A DNA stretch of 62,884 nucleotides, the filler included. It is 6 parts of 6 records of this genome, joined end to end, with 100 filler letters (N's around TTAATTAATTAA, not from the genome) between each part and the next. Parts side by side here need not be neighbours in the genome. Positions count along the whole stretch, not along the records: positions 1 to 11,514 come from SRR22947727_1883; 5 more parts are not named here. One strand, written 5' to 3'. Positions 1-9,293 of this stretch are shown piece by piece (position 1 is the stretch's first letter; the number at the start of each line of letters is the position of its first letter). Under the pieces are notes generated by a model. It ran no database searches. It was not told the origin of the DNA and saw only the letters and a program-made list of their open reading frames with translations. The translations under genes were made by a program, and so were the position numbers.

Positions 1-57
1 GTCGATATGGGCAATGATGCAGAAGTTGCGAATCCTTTTGACGGGAGCGTCGGTCAT
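1..57 (-). CDS. lepA: Elongation factor 4 (LepA), N-terminal 19 codons; runs off the window start
   Basis: Reverse strand from CAT at 55-57 reads MTDAPVKRIRNFCIIAHID, the LepA N-terminus leading into the G1 motif. Not in the ORF track. Confidence 0.92.
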   Translation of the reverse strand, partial: MTDAPVKRIRNFCIIAHID

Positions 58-146
58 GCGGTTGGCGAAATCCCGGCTCGGGCTTCTGAAGAAGGCTGTG
101 ACCTAATCCTAAGGAGCCGCCACCAATTCGAGGAGAAACACGCTTC

Positions 147-476
147 ATGCCCGCACCTTGGATTCTGTTATTGCTGGCTATCACTTCCGAAGTGATCGGG
201 ACGTCCTGCCTCAAGCTCTCTGAGGGTTTCAGCAAGCCGATTCCCACACTCGTGGTGCTGGTCGCTTATTCCACCTCGATGTTGTTGCTCTCGCGCGTAG
301 TGCAAACCATTCCTCTTGGCATCACCTACGCCCTATGGAGTGGGATCGGAATTATCGCGATCGTGCTGGTTGGATTGCTTGCCTACAAGCAAGTGCCCTC
401 GCCAGGTCAGCTTTTGGGAATCGCCACAATCACAGCTGGGGTGATCATCGTGAATCTCACTGGCAAGCATCCCTGA
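147..476 (+). CDS. SMR-family small multidrug efflux transporter (QacE/EmrE subtype)
   Basis: 109 aa, four hydrophobic helices, conserved TM1 Glu (AITSEVIGT), YALWSGIG motif. Confidence 0.9.
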   Translation: MPAPWILLLLAITSEVIGTSCLKLSEGFSKPIPTLVVLVAYSTSMLLLSRVVQTIPLGITYALWSGIGIIAIVLVGLLAYKQVPSPGQLLGIATITAGVIIVNLTGKHP

Positions 477-525
477 ACTCCGCAATGGGTCTTCCGCCGA
501 TCAACAAAGGCGCGCTCACAACTCA

Positions 526-2019
526 TTAGCGCGCAATCTGCAAACCAAGCAGCGCATCACTGCGCTCTCGGCTGCGCTGAAGAAGCTCCCCATCCGCATT
601 GAGATCTTGGCCATAACTGGGCAACAACGCTTTTAATCGCTGCTGCCATGCCTGGGACGCCAAGCGATCCGGAAAACAGCGTTGAAGAATTTCCAACATG
701 ATCGTCACCGAGGTGCTGGCTCCCGGAGATGCACCAAGCAGTGCTGCTAACGAGCCATCAGCGGCGGCCACCACTTCCGTACCCAATTGCAAACGGCCTC
801 CAGCAGGGGTGCGTTTGATGATCTGAACGCGCTGACCCGCCACCGACAAAGTCCAATCGTCCGCGCGAGCGGTGGGAAGGAACGCTTTCAACGCCTCCAT
901 CCGATCCTCATCGCTTTGGCGCAGTTGATTCACGAGATAGCGAACAAGAGGAATGTTGTTCACCCCCACCTGAAGCATCGGCAACAGGTTGGAGGAGCGA
1001 ACCGAGCGAGGAAGATCGAGCAACGACCCCTTCTTCAAAAACTTGCTGCTGAAACCGGCATAGGGCCCAAACAACAGGGACCGGCGGCCATCAATCCAGC
1101 GGGAGTCCAAGTGGGGCACAGACATCGGCGGAGCCCCCACCTTGGCTTTGCCATACACCTTGGCGAAGTGATGCTCCGATAAATCCGGGTCATTACAGAC
1201 CAGCCATTGCCCGCTTACGGGGAAACCGGCATAAGCAACCGCTTCTGGAATACGCGAACGCTGAAGAAGAGGAAGGGCACCACCACCGGCTCCGAGGAAC
1301 ACAAAGGGCGTCGTCACGACGCGGCGTCCGGAGGGGCAGCGCAATTGCAGCTCCCACCCCTCTGCGCAGCGTTTGAGATCGGAGACCGAAGTTCCAAACA
1401 CCAGATCAAGAGCCCCCGATGCTTGCAGGGGAACAAACAAGGAGCGAGACAGAGCACCGAAGTCCACGTCTGTACCGCGCTCAATCCTGGTTGCCGCAAC
1501 CGCCATTTGAGGATCACGCCCGGCCATCACAAGCGGAATCCAGGAGGCCAGTTCGCCCTCGTCGCGGCTCCACTCCATGGCAGCAAAAGCAGGAAGCTCC
1601 TTCATCTGCTCGTAACGCTGGCGGAGGTAGGCCACATCTCCCTCACCCCACACAAAACTGATGTGGGGCACCCGATGGATGAACCAAGAAGGATCCAAGC
1701 AACCCCGCTCACACAAGGATGACCAAAACTCGAGGCTGCTCTCAAAACTGGCATTGATCGCTAGCGGTTTCACCGTTGAAACCGTGCCATCAGACAGTGG
1801 AGGGGTGTAATTGAGCTCACAGTTGGCGGCATGGCCGGTGCCAGCGTTATTTCCCGCAGCGCTGCTTTCTAAAGCTGGGGCCTCTAATCGTTCAACAACC
1901 AACAACCGCAACTCAGGGTCGAGTTCGTGCAGAAGGGTGGCCAGGGTGGCACTCATGACCCCAGCACCCACGAGCACAACGTCGTAGCGGTCCAAGGGGC
2001 GAACAGATCTGCTGTTCAC
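526..2019 (-). CDS. mqo: Malate:quinone oxidoreductase
   Basis: 497 aa. GAGVMS FAD motif, NNAGTGHAANCELNYTP, GAPPMSVPHLD, AGQRVQIIK, LLGASPGAST. Confidence 0.97.
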   Translation of the reverse strand: MNSRSVRPLDRYDVVLVGAGVMSATLATLLHELDPELRLLVVERLEAPALESSAAGNNAGTGHAANCELNYTPPLSDGTVSTVKPLAINASFESSLEFWSSLCERGCLDPSWFIHRVPHISFVWGEGDVAYLRQRYEQMKELPAFAAMEWSRDEGELASWIPLVMAGRDPQMAVAATRIERGTDVDFGALSRSLFVPLQASGALDLVFGTSVSDLKRCAEGWELQLRCPSGRRVVTTPFVFLGAGGGALPLLQRSRIPEAVAYAGFPVSGQWLVCNDPDLSEHHFAKVYGKAKVGAPPMSVPHLDSRWIDGRRSLLFGPYAGFSSKFLKKGSLLDLPRSVRSSNLLPMLQVGVNNIPLVRYLVNQLRQSDEDRMEALKAFLPTARADDWTLSVAGQRVQIIKRTPAGGRLQLGTEVVAAADGSLAALLGASPGASTSVTIMLEILQRCFPDRLASQAWQQRLKALLPSYGQDLNADGELLQRSRERSDALLGLQIAR

Positions 2020-2079
2020 AGGCTATGAGGCCGAGCGTCTACAAAATGCCTACACTGAGCCCAATTCGAAGATCGAGCG

Positions 2080-2325
2080 ATGAGCACCGAGACCATGGCC
2101 CTCACAAACGAGAACGTGGAAAAGGTGCTCGATGAATTGCGCCCCTTCTTGATGGCCGATGGTGGCAACGTGGAAGTGGTTGAGATCGATGGTCCAATCG
2201 TGAAAGTTCGCTTGCAAGGCGCCTGCGGAAGCTGCCCAAGCAGCACGATGACTTTAAAAATGGGGATCGAACGCAAAATGCGCGAATCGATTCCTGAGGT
2301 GAGCGAAGTTGTGCAAGTGCTGTGA
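2080..2325 (+). CDS. NifU C-terminal domain (Nfu-type) Fe-S cluster carrier
   Basis: 81 aa. [11 protein letters not shown] and GACGSCPSS (CxxC). Confidence 0.95.
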   Translation: MSTETMALTNENVEKVLDELRPFLMADGGNVEVVEIDGPIVKVRLQGACGSCPSSTMTLKMGIERKMRESIPEVSEVVQVL

Positions 2326-2758
2326 ATCAATAGTTCAAAGCAAAAACGAACAAAGAAATTATCTTGAACATATAAAATAAATTTACTCAAAATCACTGAT
2401 TATCGCGTCCATTATTGAATGCGATCAATTAATTATTGAAATTTCTGAGCATGAGTCAAACATGTGCTTTTATGATCCCAATTGAATCAATGGATACTTC
2501 ACGTGATAGCACTTAAAGCCTCAAGCAATTCTCTGGTCGAAACATAATCTCCATCCAGTCTTTCAAGGCATTGAAATACTTTGGCAAGCCTAGAGAAGCA
2601 ACTCTAATCATTGATCACGCCGTATTTAGCCGCCTCAATCATAATCGAAAGACCAAAAAATAGTCCTATGTTTACGAGAAACTGATACGTTTTAGCTGAA
2701 GAATTGTGCGGCTTCATCGGAACAGCCACACTGCATCAGTAAATAGAAGCCAATCGCG

Positions 2759-3496
2759 ATGCTCTGGATCGCTTCCATTCTGTGCGTGACAGCGATCGCC
2801 TCTGCCCATTGGCTGGCAAGCAAGGTGGCAAAGCAACCTGATCGCGAACAGGTGCGCTGGGCCTCCTTTGGAGGTGGGGCGGGAATCGCCTACGTATTTG
2901 TGCATTTACTGCCAGAACTTGCCAGCCATGGACAAGCCTTATCCAAAGCCCCTGGGATGGAAACCTTCGCCCCTACTCCCATCACAGAGGCGTTGCTATT
3001 TCTGATCGCCCTGGCTGGAATCATGGTGACGTACAGCATTGACGTGCTCGCCAGCCATGAGCGACAGGCTGGAAGGATTGCGGGATCACTGCACACTCTT
3101 CATTTTGCGGCGATCAGCTACCTCTATGCCTATTCCCTTCCATCCCTGATCAGCACCGGGTTGGCCTATGGAATCTTGTTCACCATCGCCATCAGCGCCC
3201 ATGTCCTTCTGGCCGATCAGACCATGGCCGCCCGGCATCCCGCAATCTTTCGCACACGCCTGCGCTGGGTAGGAACGGCAGCCCTAATCCTGGGCCTATT
3301 GCACGCAGCACTCTTCCACCCACTGGACGATCTCCATCTCGCCATCGACACGGCATATCTAGGAGGGGGACTGCTCATGGCCGTCTTCCGAGAAGAAATT
3401 CCTGCCGTGAATCGCACGCGCCTTGGTTGGTTTGTAGCTGGAAGCGTATTAATGACCAGTCTTTTGCTTCTTGCTCTCACCCATGCCACTCACTGA
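2759..3496 (+). CDS. Polytopic membrane protein, possibly a divergent ZIP-fold metal transporter
   Basis: 245 aa with ~7-8 hydrophobic segments. AYVFVHLLPEL and GGGLLMAVFREEIP motifs. Function is inference. Confidence 0.65.
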   Translation: MLWIASILCVTAIASAHWLASKVAKQPDREQVRWASFGGGAGIAYVFVHLLPELASHGQALSKAPGMETFAPTPITEALLFLIALAGIMVTYSIDVLASHERQAGRIAGSLHTLHFAAISYLYAYSLPSLISTGLAYGILFTIAISAHVLLADQTMAARHPAIFRTRLRWVGTAALILGLLHAALFHPLDDLHLAIDTAYLGGGLLMAVFREEIPAVNRTRLGWFVAGSVLMTSLLLLALTHATH

Positions 3497-4389
3497 GGTG
3501 CGTTAAGGGCAGCGAATCCTTCGCGGAGGAACAGGGCTGCATCAGCCGTAGCGCGTTGGCCAGGTAAAAAGTCACGTGCAAAGAGCTGCCCGCAATGAAT
3601 CATTCCAGGCACAACATGCAAAGCCACATCATGCCCTGCTGTTTTCAACGTTGAGAAACAAGCGATGGCATCACTGAGCAGCACTTCACGATCACCAACC
3701 TGGAACAAAGTACGGGGATAGGACACGTAATCCTGCTGCATGCAAAAAAGATCTCGGGAATCATAGGAACCATCACCCGGAAGATAATGGGAAGAGACAG
3801 CCTCGAGTCGCTGCAACGACACAAGATCATCACTCGTATTAAAAGCAACAGACTCTCTCCCGTAGCTGAAGTCCATGACCCCTGCCATCACCAATGCCAG
3901 CGAAGGCATCGACAAGCCCTTGCTCTGACAGCGATGCAGCAATTGCGTCACTAATGTTGCACCAGCAGAAATTCCCGCCACAGCAATCATCTCAGATCGA
4001 TAGCCCTGCGCTAACAACCAGCGATAAGCCTCTTCTGCATCATCAAGTGGTGCAGGAAAACAATCATCCGGGCACAAACGATAATCAACACCCAAAACAC
4101 TGATGCCAGAGCCTTCAACAAGTGAAGCAATCAGTTGCAAGTGATCATCTGTAGATCCCATGGTGTAGCCGCCACCATGGAAAAACAAACTCACATGCTC
4201 GCTACGGCCCGAGGGAGGATCAATCCATGTATAAATCGTGCCATCAACAGGAGAACAACAAACACGCGTTACAACATCGGTCTGAAAGCTTCGATAAAGA
4301 GCAGAAAAAGCTTGCGACATCGCCTCAAGCTCATTTCCCCCCAAGCTCACACGTTGCAAAAACAGTGTCTTCAACGCTGAAGAATCCAT
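3490..4389 (-). CDS. Alpha/beta hydrolase, HSL-family esterase/lipase
   Basis: HGGG oxyanion motif, DYRL, nucleophile elbow GISAG, C-terminal GMIH. ATG at 4389 preferred over TTG at 4404. Confidence 0.9.
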   Translation of the reverse strand: MDSSALKTLFLQRVSLGGNELEAMSQAFSALYRSFQTDVVTRVCCSPVDGTIYTWIDPPSGRSEHVSLFFHGGGYTMGSTDDHLQLIASLVEGSGISVLGVDYRLCPDDCFPAPLDDAEEAYRWLLAQGYRSEMIAVAGISAGATLVTQLLHRCQSKGLSMPSLALVMAGVMDFSYGRESVAFNTSDDLVSLQRLEAVSSHYLPGDGSYDSRDLFCMQQDYVSYPRTLFQVGDREVLLSDAIACFSTLKTAGHDVALHVVPGMIHCGQLFARDFLPGQRATADAALFLREGFAALNAPQ

Positions 4390-4431
4390 AGGTTGAAGCC
4401 ACAACCCTCACTCTTTAGCCAAAGGGGTCAG

Positions 4432-5142
4432 TCAGGACTGCGCATTGGGATCGCGAGAAGGACAAGTTTTGGCATTGAAGTCACAGGCATAGATCGTGGA
4501 TTTCTGCCAACTGAGGGGAATCTCCAGCAGGTCGCGGGTACCCGTGAGGCCTTGCGTCAAAAACAGCAAGGCCGCAAGCACATTGGCCGTGACATGCAAA
4601 CGGCGAACCCGGATGTCACGCAGGATCTCGGCGCGAGCACCAAGGGAAAACAACATCAAGCCCGTCACCCCAACGCCAGCCCAGTAATGGGACTGCCAAA
4701 ACGCAGGCGTAAAAGGGTTATCGGAAAGCCGCCATACCTCCGGTTGGGCGCCAAGCCCCAGAACTCCAGCCCAAGTGATGAGAGAAAAAGCCAACCTCAA
4801 CACGGGTCTCTTGCACCGCCAAAGGGCGAGCAGGCTAACAATCGTTCCAAACAACACAAGCAACAACTGGATCGCACGCGCAAGCCCCCCTTCGAACTGC
4901 ACCAGTGGAGCCTTCGTGCCAATCACCACTGAGAGCGCAATCAAAACCACCACCACCACCGCTGCTGCAAGCCAACGACCCAGATCGCTGTGATCACGCC
5001 CCACCGTGACGGGGAGCTTTTGTTTCTGGAGCCGGCGTGCACGCGTCTGCACTGCCAAACGCACCACCACCCCAATCAGTGGATAAATCAACACCACTGC
5101 AAGAAAAGGATGCAGGATCCACAACCAATCCACGCCGGCCAT
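4432..5142 (-). CDS. Membrane protein, DUF4079-like
   Basis: Hydrophobic helices with conserved His residues (LHP, RDH, SHYW, RLH) and C-terminal GTRDLLEIP, as in cyanobacterial DUF4079 proteins. Confidence 0.75.
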   Translation of the reverse strand: MAGVDWLWILHPFLAVVLIYPLIGVVVRLAVQTRARRLQKQKLPVTVGRDHSDLGRWLAAAVVVVVLIALSVVIGTKAPLVQFEGGLARAIQLLLVLFGTIVSLLALWRCKRPVLRLAFSLITWAGVLGLGAQPEVWRLSDNPFTPAFWQSHYWAGVGVTGLMLFSLGARAEILRDIRVRRLHVTANVLAALLFLTQGLTGTRDLLEIPLSWQKSTIYACDFNAKTCPSRDPNAQS

Positions 5143-5474
5143 GGCCAAGAAAGCGTCTACTCAAAACGTAGCCATGGAGCCAAAAAATGAGAGCACAATC
5201 CAGCCGAGGAAGGATCAACAAAGACACAACATCAATGCCAAGCAATCGCATCCTTAGCGAGAGCGATTCAAGCAACAAGTTTCAAAACCTATCCAACAAT
5301 GGCGAGCAACACAGCGCTAAGACGTTGGCCTACGTTCTCGTGGACAGACCCCAAACAAGGCAGAAACAGAAACTCGCCATGAACTGATGCGACAGCAAGA
5401 CAAGGCCCCGTCGCCCAACAAGACGAGATCAAGAACGAGAATCATTCTCGGCTAGGCTTTACCAAGAGGCTTGG

Positions 5475-5744
5475 ATGTGTATGCAGGCATTGGTATGTCT
5501 TGGTCTTGTGCTCGGCAACCTTGCTTTGCTCGTGCATCTATCTGAAAAAGCGATTCGCCTTAGAAAAAGCTGGAAAGACCATAGGCTTCTCGTCAACAAC
5601 CATCCCGAGATGGAATCAGTTGATCCTGAGCGGGGGCTTTTGGCCTTCAAAAGCGACGACTTGATACGCGCTTTTGTATTAGACAACGAAGAACCAGGCA
5701 TCAGTGAGCCCTTCTACGTATCGGACCACGAAGCAGACGAATAA
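5475..5744 (+). CDS. Hypothetical protein with N-terminal hydrophobic segment
   Basis: 89-aa ORF filling an otherwise empty gap; acidic C-terminus; no family recognised. Confidence 0.5.
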   Translation: MCMQALVCLGLVLGNLALLVHLSEKAIRLRKSWKDHRLLVNNHPEMESVDPERGLLAFKSDDLIRAFVLDNEEPGISEPFYVSDHEADE

Positions 5745-5773
5745 GTTGATGACATCAGCGATGCTGTTGTCGA

Positions 5774-6130
5774 TTATTCAGGTGGATTTGCGTATGTATA
5801 GCTTTCAATGGTGACTTCAAGATGCTCTGTAATTGCTTGGGCTCCAACGAAGCGTTCAACTGGTTTTTCTACATAGTCACAATCTTCATCACCATCGGCA
5901 TCAAGCTCACAAGAAACGCTTTCGTGCGTAACGACCAAGGTCGGGGCACTATCAACATTCAACTTTTTAGCAAGCTCTGTGAGCTCTCCATCGTCAGTGC
6001 GTAGTGCCACATATTCAATGGTTGCCTGCTGCGCCGTCGTAAGCGTTAAGACAAAATCTCTCACCTTTGTACAGGTTTCGGGCTCATCTACGGGCAGGGT
6101 GAACAGATACAAGACGTAGGGGTTCATCAT
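5774..6130 (-). CDS. Thioredoxin-fold protein with eroded CxxC
   Basis: YLFT...C, LAKKLNVDSAPTLVV (cis-Pro loop) and VERFVG are thioredoxin/glutaredoxin-like; only one Cys at the active-site position. Confidence 0.7.
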   Translation of the reverse strand: MMNPYVLYLFTLPVDEPETCTKVRDFVLTLTTAQQATIEYVALRTDDGELTELAKKLNVDSAPTLVVTHESVSCELDADGDEDCDYVEKPVERFVGAQAITEHLEVTIESYTYANPPE

Positions 6131-6643
6131 GCTTGAGCACCTTCAGCGAGGTAAAAGCCACCAGCGCAGTACGCGGTGCCTGAGGGAACAGTGTATCTCC
6201 TGCATTGGTCCTGATTCAGCGTATTGTGATAATTAACAGTAACTGTTTCTAGCTTGCTCGAGTCAGCGCACAAATCGCCGATTCAGATCGAATACTTATC
6301 CCTCATTTAAGCCGCACTAGAGACCTCTCTTAGATGAATGCAATAGGTATAATTTGCAACGATTAATCTATCCATTTTGAAGAGAGAAAAGATGATTTAT
6401 AGATCCTTTCAAGCCGATCCAGCAGGGACAATCAAGGCTTATGTGATGCACTTAATGTAAGCGTACCGCTGTTGTGGATTCGGCTCCAGCATCTCCTTTT
6501 TGACAAGGATCTGTCCGGGATTAACTGATTCATCATTTTGGGCAAGCCATCAGCCTGGCTCTTTCCGCATTTCTTTGCCAACGTGAGATTGACAATCGAT
6601 AAGCACCCCACGCTGCAGTGGGGTATCAGCACGTGCTTTAACG

Positions 6644-7894
6644 ATGGCGCTAGGAACCTTTCGGACGACGACCTTGACCCACGCACACAGGAATAACCTC
6701 CGCGATCACTGTCCAGCACTGGGGAACAAGACTTATTTCAACTACGGCGGCCAAGGGCCGTTGCCATCGCCTTCGTTGGAGGCCATGACCACGAGCTGGA
6801 AGCGCATCCAAGAGCTGGGCCCCTTCACCACGGATGTATGGCCCTATATCAGCGCGGAAACAAACAAAACACGTGCCTTGCTCGGTCGATTATGTGGTGT
6901 GGCACCCCACCGCCTAGCGCTCACCGAAAACGTAACCAGCGGTTGCGTTTTGCCCCTTTGGGGACTTCCCTTCAAAGCCGGTGATCGCCTTTTAATCAGT
7001 GATTGCGAGCATCCAGGAGTCGTCGCCGCTTGCCATGAACTTGCCAGACGGGAGCACCTTGAGGTCGACAACCTCCCTGTTCAACAATTCAGACAAGGAC
7101 GTGAAGGACAACACAAAACCGACGCCGGCGTCCTTCAAGCCCTAGCGGACTCTCTACAACCACGCACCAAAGTTGTGGTGCTGTCGCATCTGCTTTGGAA
7201 CACCGGACAGCTGATGCCCATCCCTGCGGTAGCAGGCCAACTTCGTCAACATGCTCAGCAACCATTCCTGCTCGTCGATGCAGCCCAAAGCATGGGGCAA
7301 ATCCCTATTGAAGCTGCAGCGCAGGCAGCTGACATTTATGCATTTACTGGGCACAAATGGACCTGCGGACCCGAGGGGCTCGGAGGCGTGGCCTTGTCAG
7401 AAAGGATCCTCAATCAAGCCAATCCAACGCTGATTGGATGGCGCAGCTTGCGCGATGAAACACGGGCCGTCATGAATGATCCAGACCCCTTTCACCACGA
7501 CAGCCGACGCTTTGAAATTGCAACGAGCTGTGTGCCACTGATGGCAGGCCTGCGTCAATCGTTGGGCTTGTTAGCCAAAGAGGGAAGTGAACAAGAGCGC
7601 CTGCAAACTATCCAGTCCCTTAGCGGCGAGCTCTGGAGGCAAATCAAAGAGCTTCCAGGAACCACACCCCTGCTCGAAGGGGAGCCACCCGCAGGGTTGG
7701 TGAGCTTCCAACCCAATGATCGATCCGAGCACAGTCCTGCTGAAATCGTTCAAATCCTTGGCAGCAAAGGGATCTGGATCCGCAACCTGGAGGAGCCCAT
7801 CTGCCTAAGAGCCTGCACCCACATCACTACTGAAGCCCACGAACTCAGCCGATTCGTGGATGCTCTTGAAGAACTGACATGCCGCAATGATTAG
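6644..7894 (+). CDS. Class V PLP aminotransferase, L-cysteine/cystine lyase-like
   Basis: YFNYGGQGP, DCEHPG, VDAAQS, FTGHKW (PLP Lys), LRACTH. True start may be somewhat downstream. Confidence 0.9.
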   Translation: MALGTFRTTTLTHAHRNNLRDHCPALGNKTYFNYGGQGPLPSPSLEAMTTSWKRIQELGPFTTDVWPYISAETNKTRALLGRLCGVAPHRLALTENVTSGCVLPLWGLPFKAGDRLLISDCEHPGVVAACHELARREHLEVDNLPVQQFRQGREGQHKTDAGVLQALADSLQPRTKVVVLSHLLWNTGQLMPIPAVAGQLRQHAQQPFLLVDAAQSMGQIPIEAAAQAADIYAFTGHKWTCGPEGLGGVALSERILNQANPTLIGWRSLRDETRAVMNDPDPFHHDSRRFEIATSCVPLMAGLRQSLGLLAKEGSEQERLQTIQSLSGELWRQIKELPGTTPLLEGEPPAGLVSFQPNDRSEHSPAEIVQILGSKGIWIRNLEEPICLRACTHITTEAHELSRFVDALEELTCRND

Positions 7895-7980
7895 GAGCCT
7901 GCAGGGATCAAGACCCAGGTAGTCACAACAGCAATAGTGCAAAACAGCACCATTGAAAGAGGCCAGAGATCATCGAACAT
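7891..7980 (-). CDS. Candidate 29-aa single-pass membrane peptide
   Basis: ATG 7980 to TAA 7891 reads MFDDLWPLSMVLFCTIAVVTTWVLIPAGS; below the ORF-track cutoff. Confidence 0.45.
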   Translation of the reverse strand: MFDDLWPLSMVLFCTIAVVTTWVLIPAGS

Positions 7981-8147
7981 TCCACAGATAGTGAAAAGCA
8001 GACCTTGGAGAATTTGAGCTAAAACTTGTTAGAATTAAAAAGCAAACAAGCGACTGCATTGAGCTCACTTCTTTAGGAGCAGAACAACGGTAGCCATTGC
8101 TTTAATCTTGCTAAGGATCTTAAACCAATCCCACTATCTAACAATAC

Positions 8148-9293
8148 ATGCAATCAAACATTAATCAAGCCGGTGATTCTATACCTGAGAGATTTACATC
8201 TTCCTTTATAAAATCTGGGCGCTGGAAGGTTATTCCAGCGCTCATCATGCTGGGGCTAACCCAGTTGGCCTCGATGCAGGGTTGGCCGACCCTGATCTGT
8301 TTCGTTGTTTCAGCAACTGGGATCATTCCGATTGCCTTACTCCTCAGCGATGCGACTGAAGAAATTGCAGACCATAGTGGACCAACCATAGGGGCAATCT
8401 GCACCGCAGTTTTTGGCAACTGTGCGGAATTTATTATCGCCCTATCAGCACTAAGACTTGGTCTTATTGATGTTGTGAAAGCGAGTATTACCGGAGCAAT
8501 TCTCTCGGATCTTCTGCTCGTCACCGGAATAGCAATGCTTGTAGGAGGCTTGAAATATAGCGAACAAAGTTTTCAAGAAACGATGGTTCGTACCAATGGT
8601 GCCGCTATGACACTGGCGGTGATGGCGATGGCCCTGCCTGCATCCCTGATCAGCACATCAGGGATTGATGATCAAGTCGCGATCCACGGCCTATCAATGA
8701 CCGTTGCGGTGATCCTGATCATCATTTACTTCTTGACCCTCATCTTTTCCCTGGCAACACACAACCATCTCTTTGATCCACAACACATCAAAAACGATGA
8801 GGCTGAGTCACCCCAAGAGGAAGAAAAGAGCATCAATCTATTGCCCTGGATCATCCAATTAATTGCTTGCACTGCACTTTTGTCTTATCAGTCCGAGAGC
8901 TTTGTTCATTTTTTAGAGCCCGCAACAGAACAGCTTGGGCTTAGCGCATTGTTTACAGGAATCATCATTATTCCAATCATTGGTGGCTTTTCTGAATATG
9001 TTCCTGCTGTGAAAGGAGCCTGGAAAGATCAAATGGATCTGCCCATTTCGTTAGCAATGGGATCTAGCTTGCTCGTTGCCCTCCTGATCGCTCCAGCACT
9101 GATCATTATTGGGTCTCTGATCGGTCAGCCCATGAATCTTGACTTCACAGCGTTTGAAGTCATCGCACTCATATTCAGTGTCTTAATCGTGAACCTTGTG
9201 AATATGGATGCAAAATCCAACTGGCTGGAAGGCGTATTACTTCTAGGAATGTTCTCCATATTTGGAGCAGCTTTTTATTATTATCCTAGTTAG
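8148..9293 (+). CDS. Ca2+/H+ antiporter (CAX/ChaA family)
   Basis: 381 aa, ~11 TM. Alpha-repeat motifs FGNCAEFII and GGFSEYV, C-terminal SNWLEG. Confidence 0.92.
   Translation: MQSNINQAGDSIPERFTSSFIKSGRWKVIPALIMLGLTQLASMQGWPTLICFVVSATGIIPIALLLSDATEEIADHSGPTIGAICTAVFGNCAEFIIALSALRLGLIDVVKASITGAILSDLLLVTGIAMLVGGLKYSEQSFQETMVRTNGAAMTLAVMAMALPASLISTSGIDDQVAIHGLSMTVAVILIIIYFLTLIFSLATHNHLFDPQHIKNDEAESPQEEEKSINLLPWIIQLIACTALLSYQSESFVHFLEPATEQLGLSALFTGIIIIPIIGGFSEYVPAVKGAWKDQMDLPISLAMGSSLLVALLIAPALIIIGSLIGQPMNLDFTAFEVIALIFSVLIVNLVNMDAKSNWLEGVLLLGMFSIFGAAFYYYPS

Noticed and set aside
58-146. Guanidine riboswitch upstream of the SMR gene
   Set aside because: No ACGR twin hairpins or ykkC-type motifs are visible, and TM1 is Qac-like (AIxxEVxGT) rather than Gdx-like.
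2792-2799. HIP1 octamer GCGATCGC (also near 10027, 51686, 52230)
   Set aside because: Only a few copies seen; no evident enrichment.
6200-6640. Short ORFs and a possible HTH remnant (LCDALNVS) in an AT-rich gap
   Set aside because: No start in frame and too little similarity to support a call.
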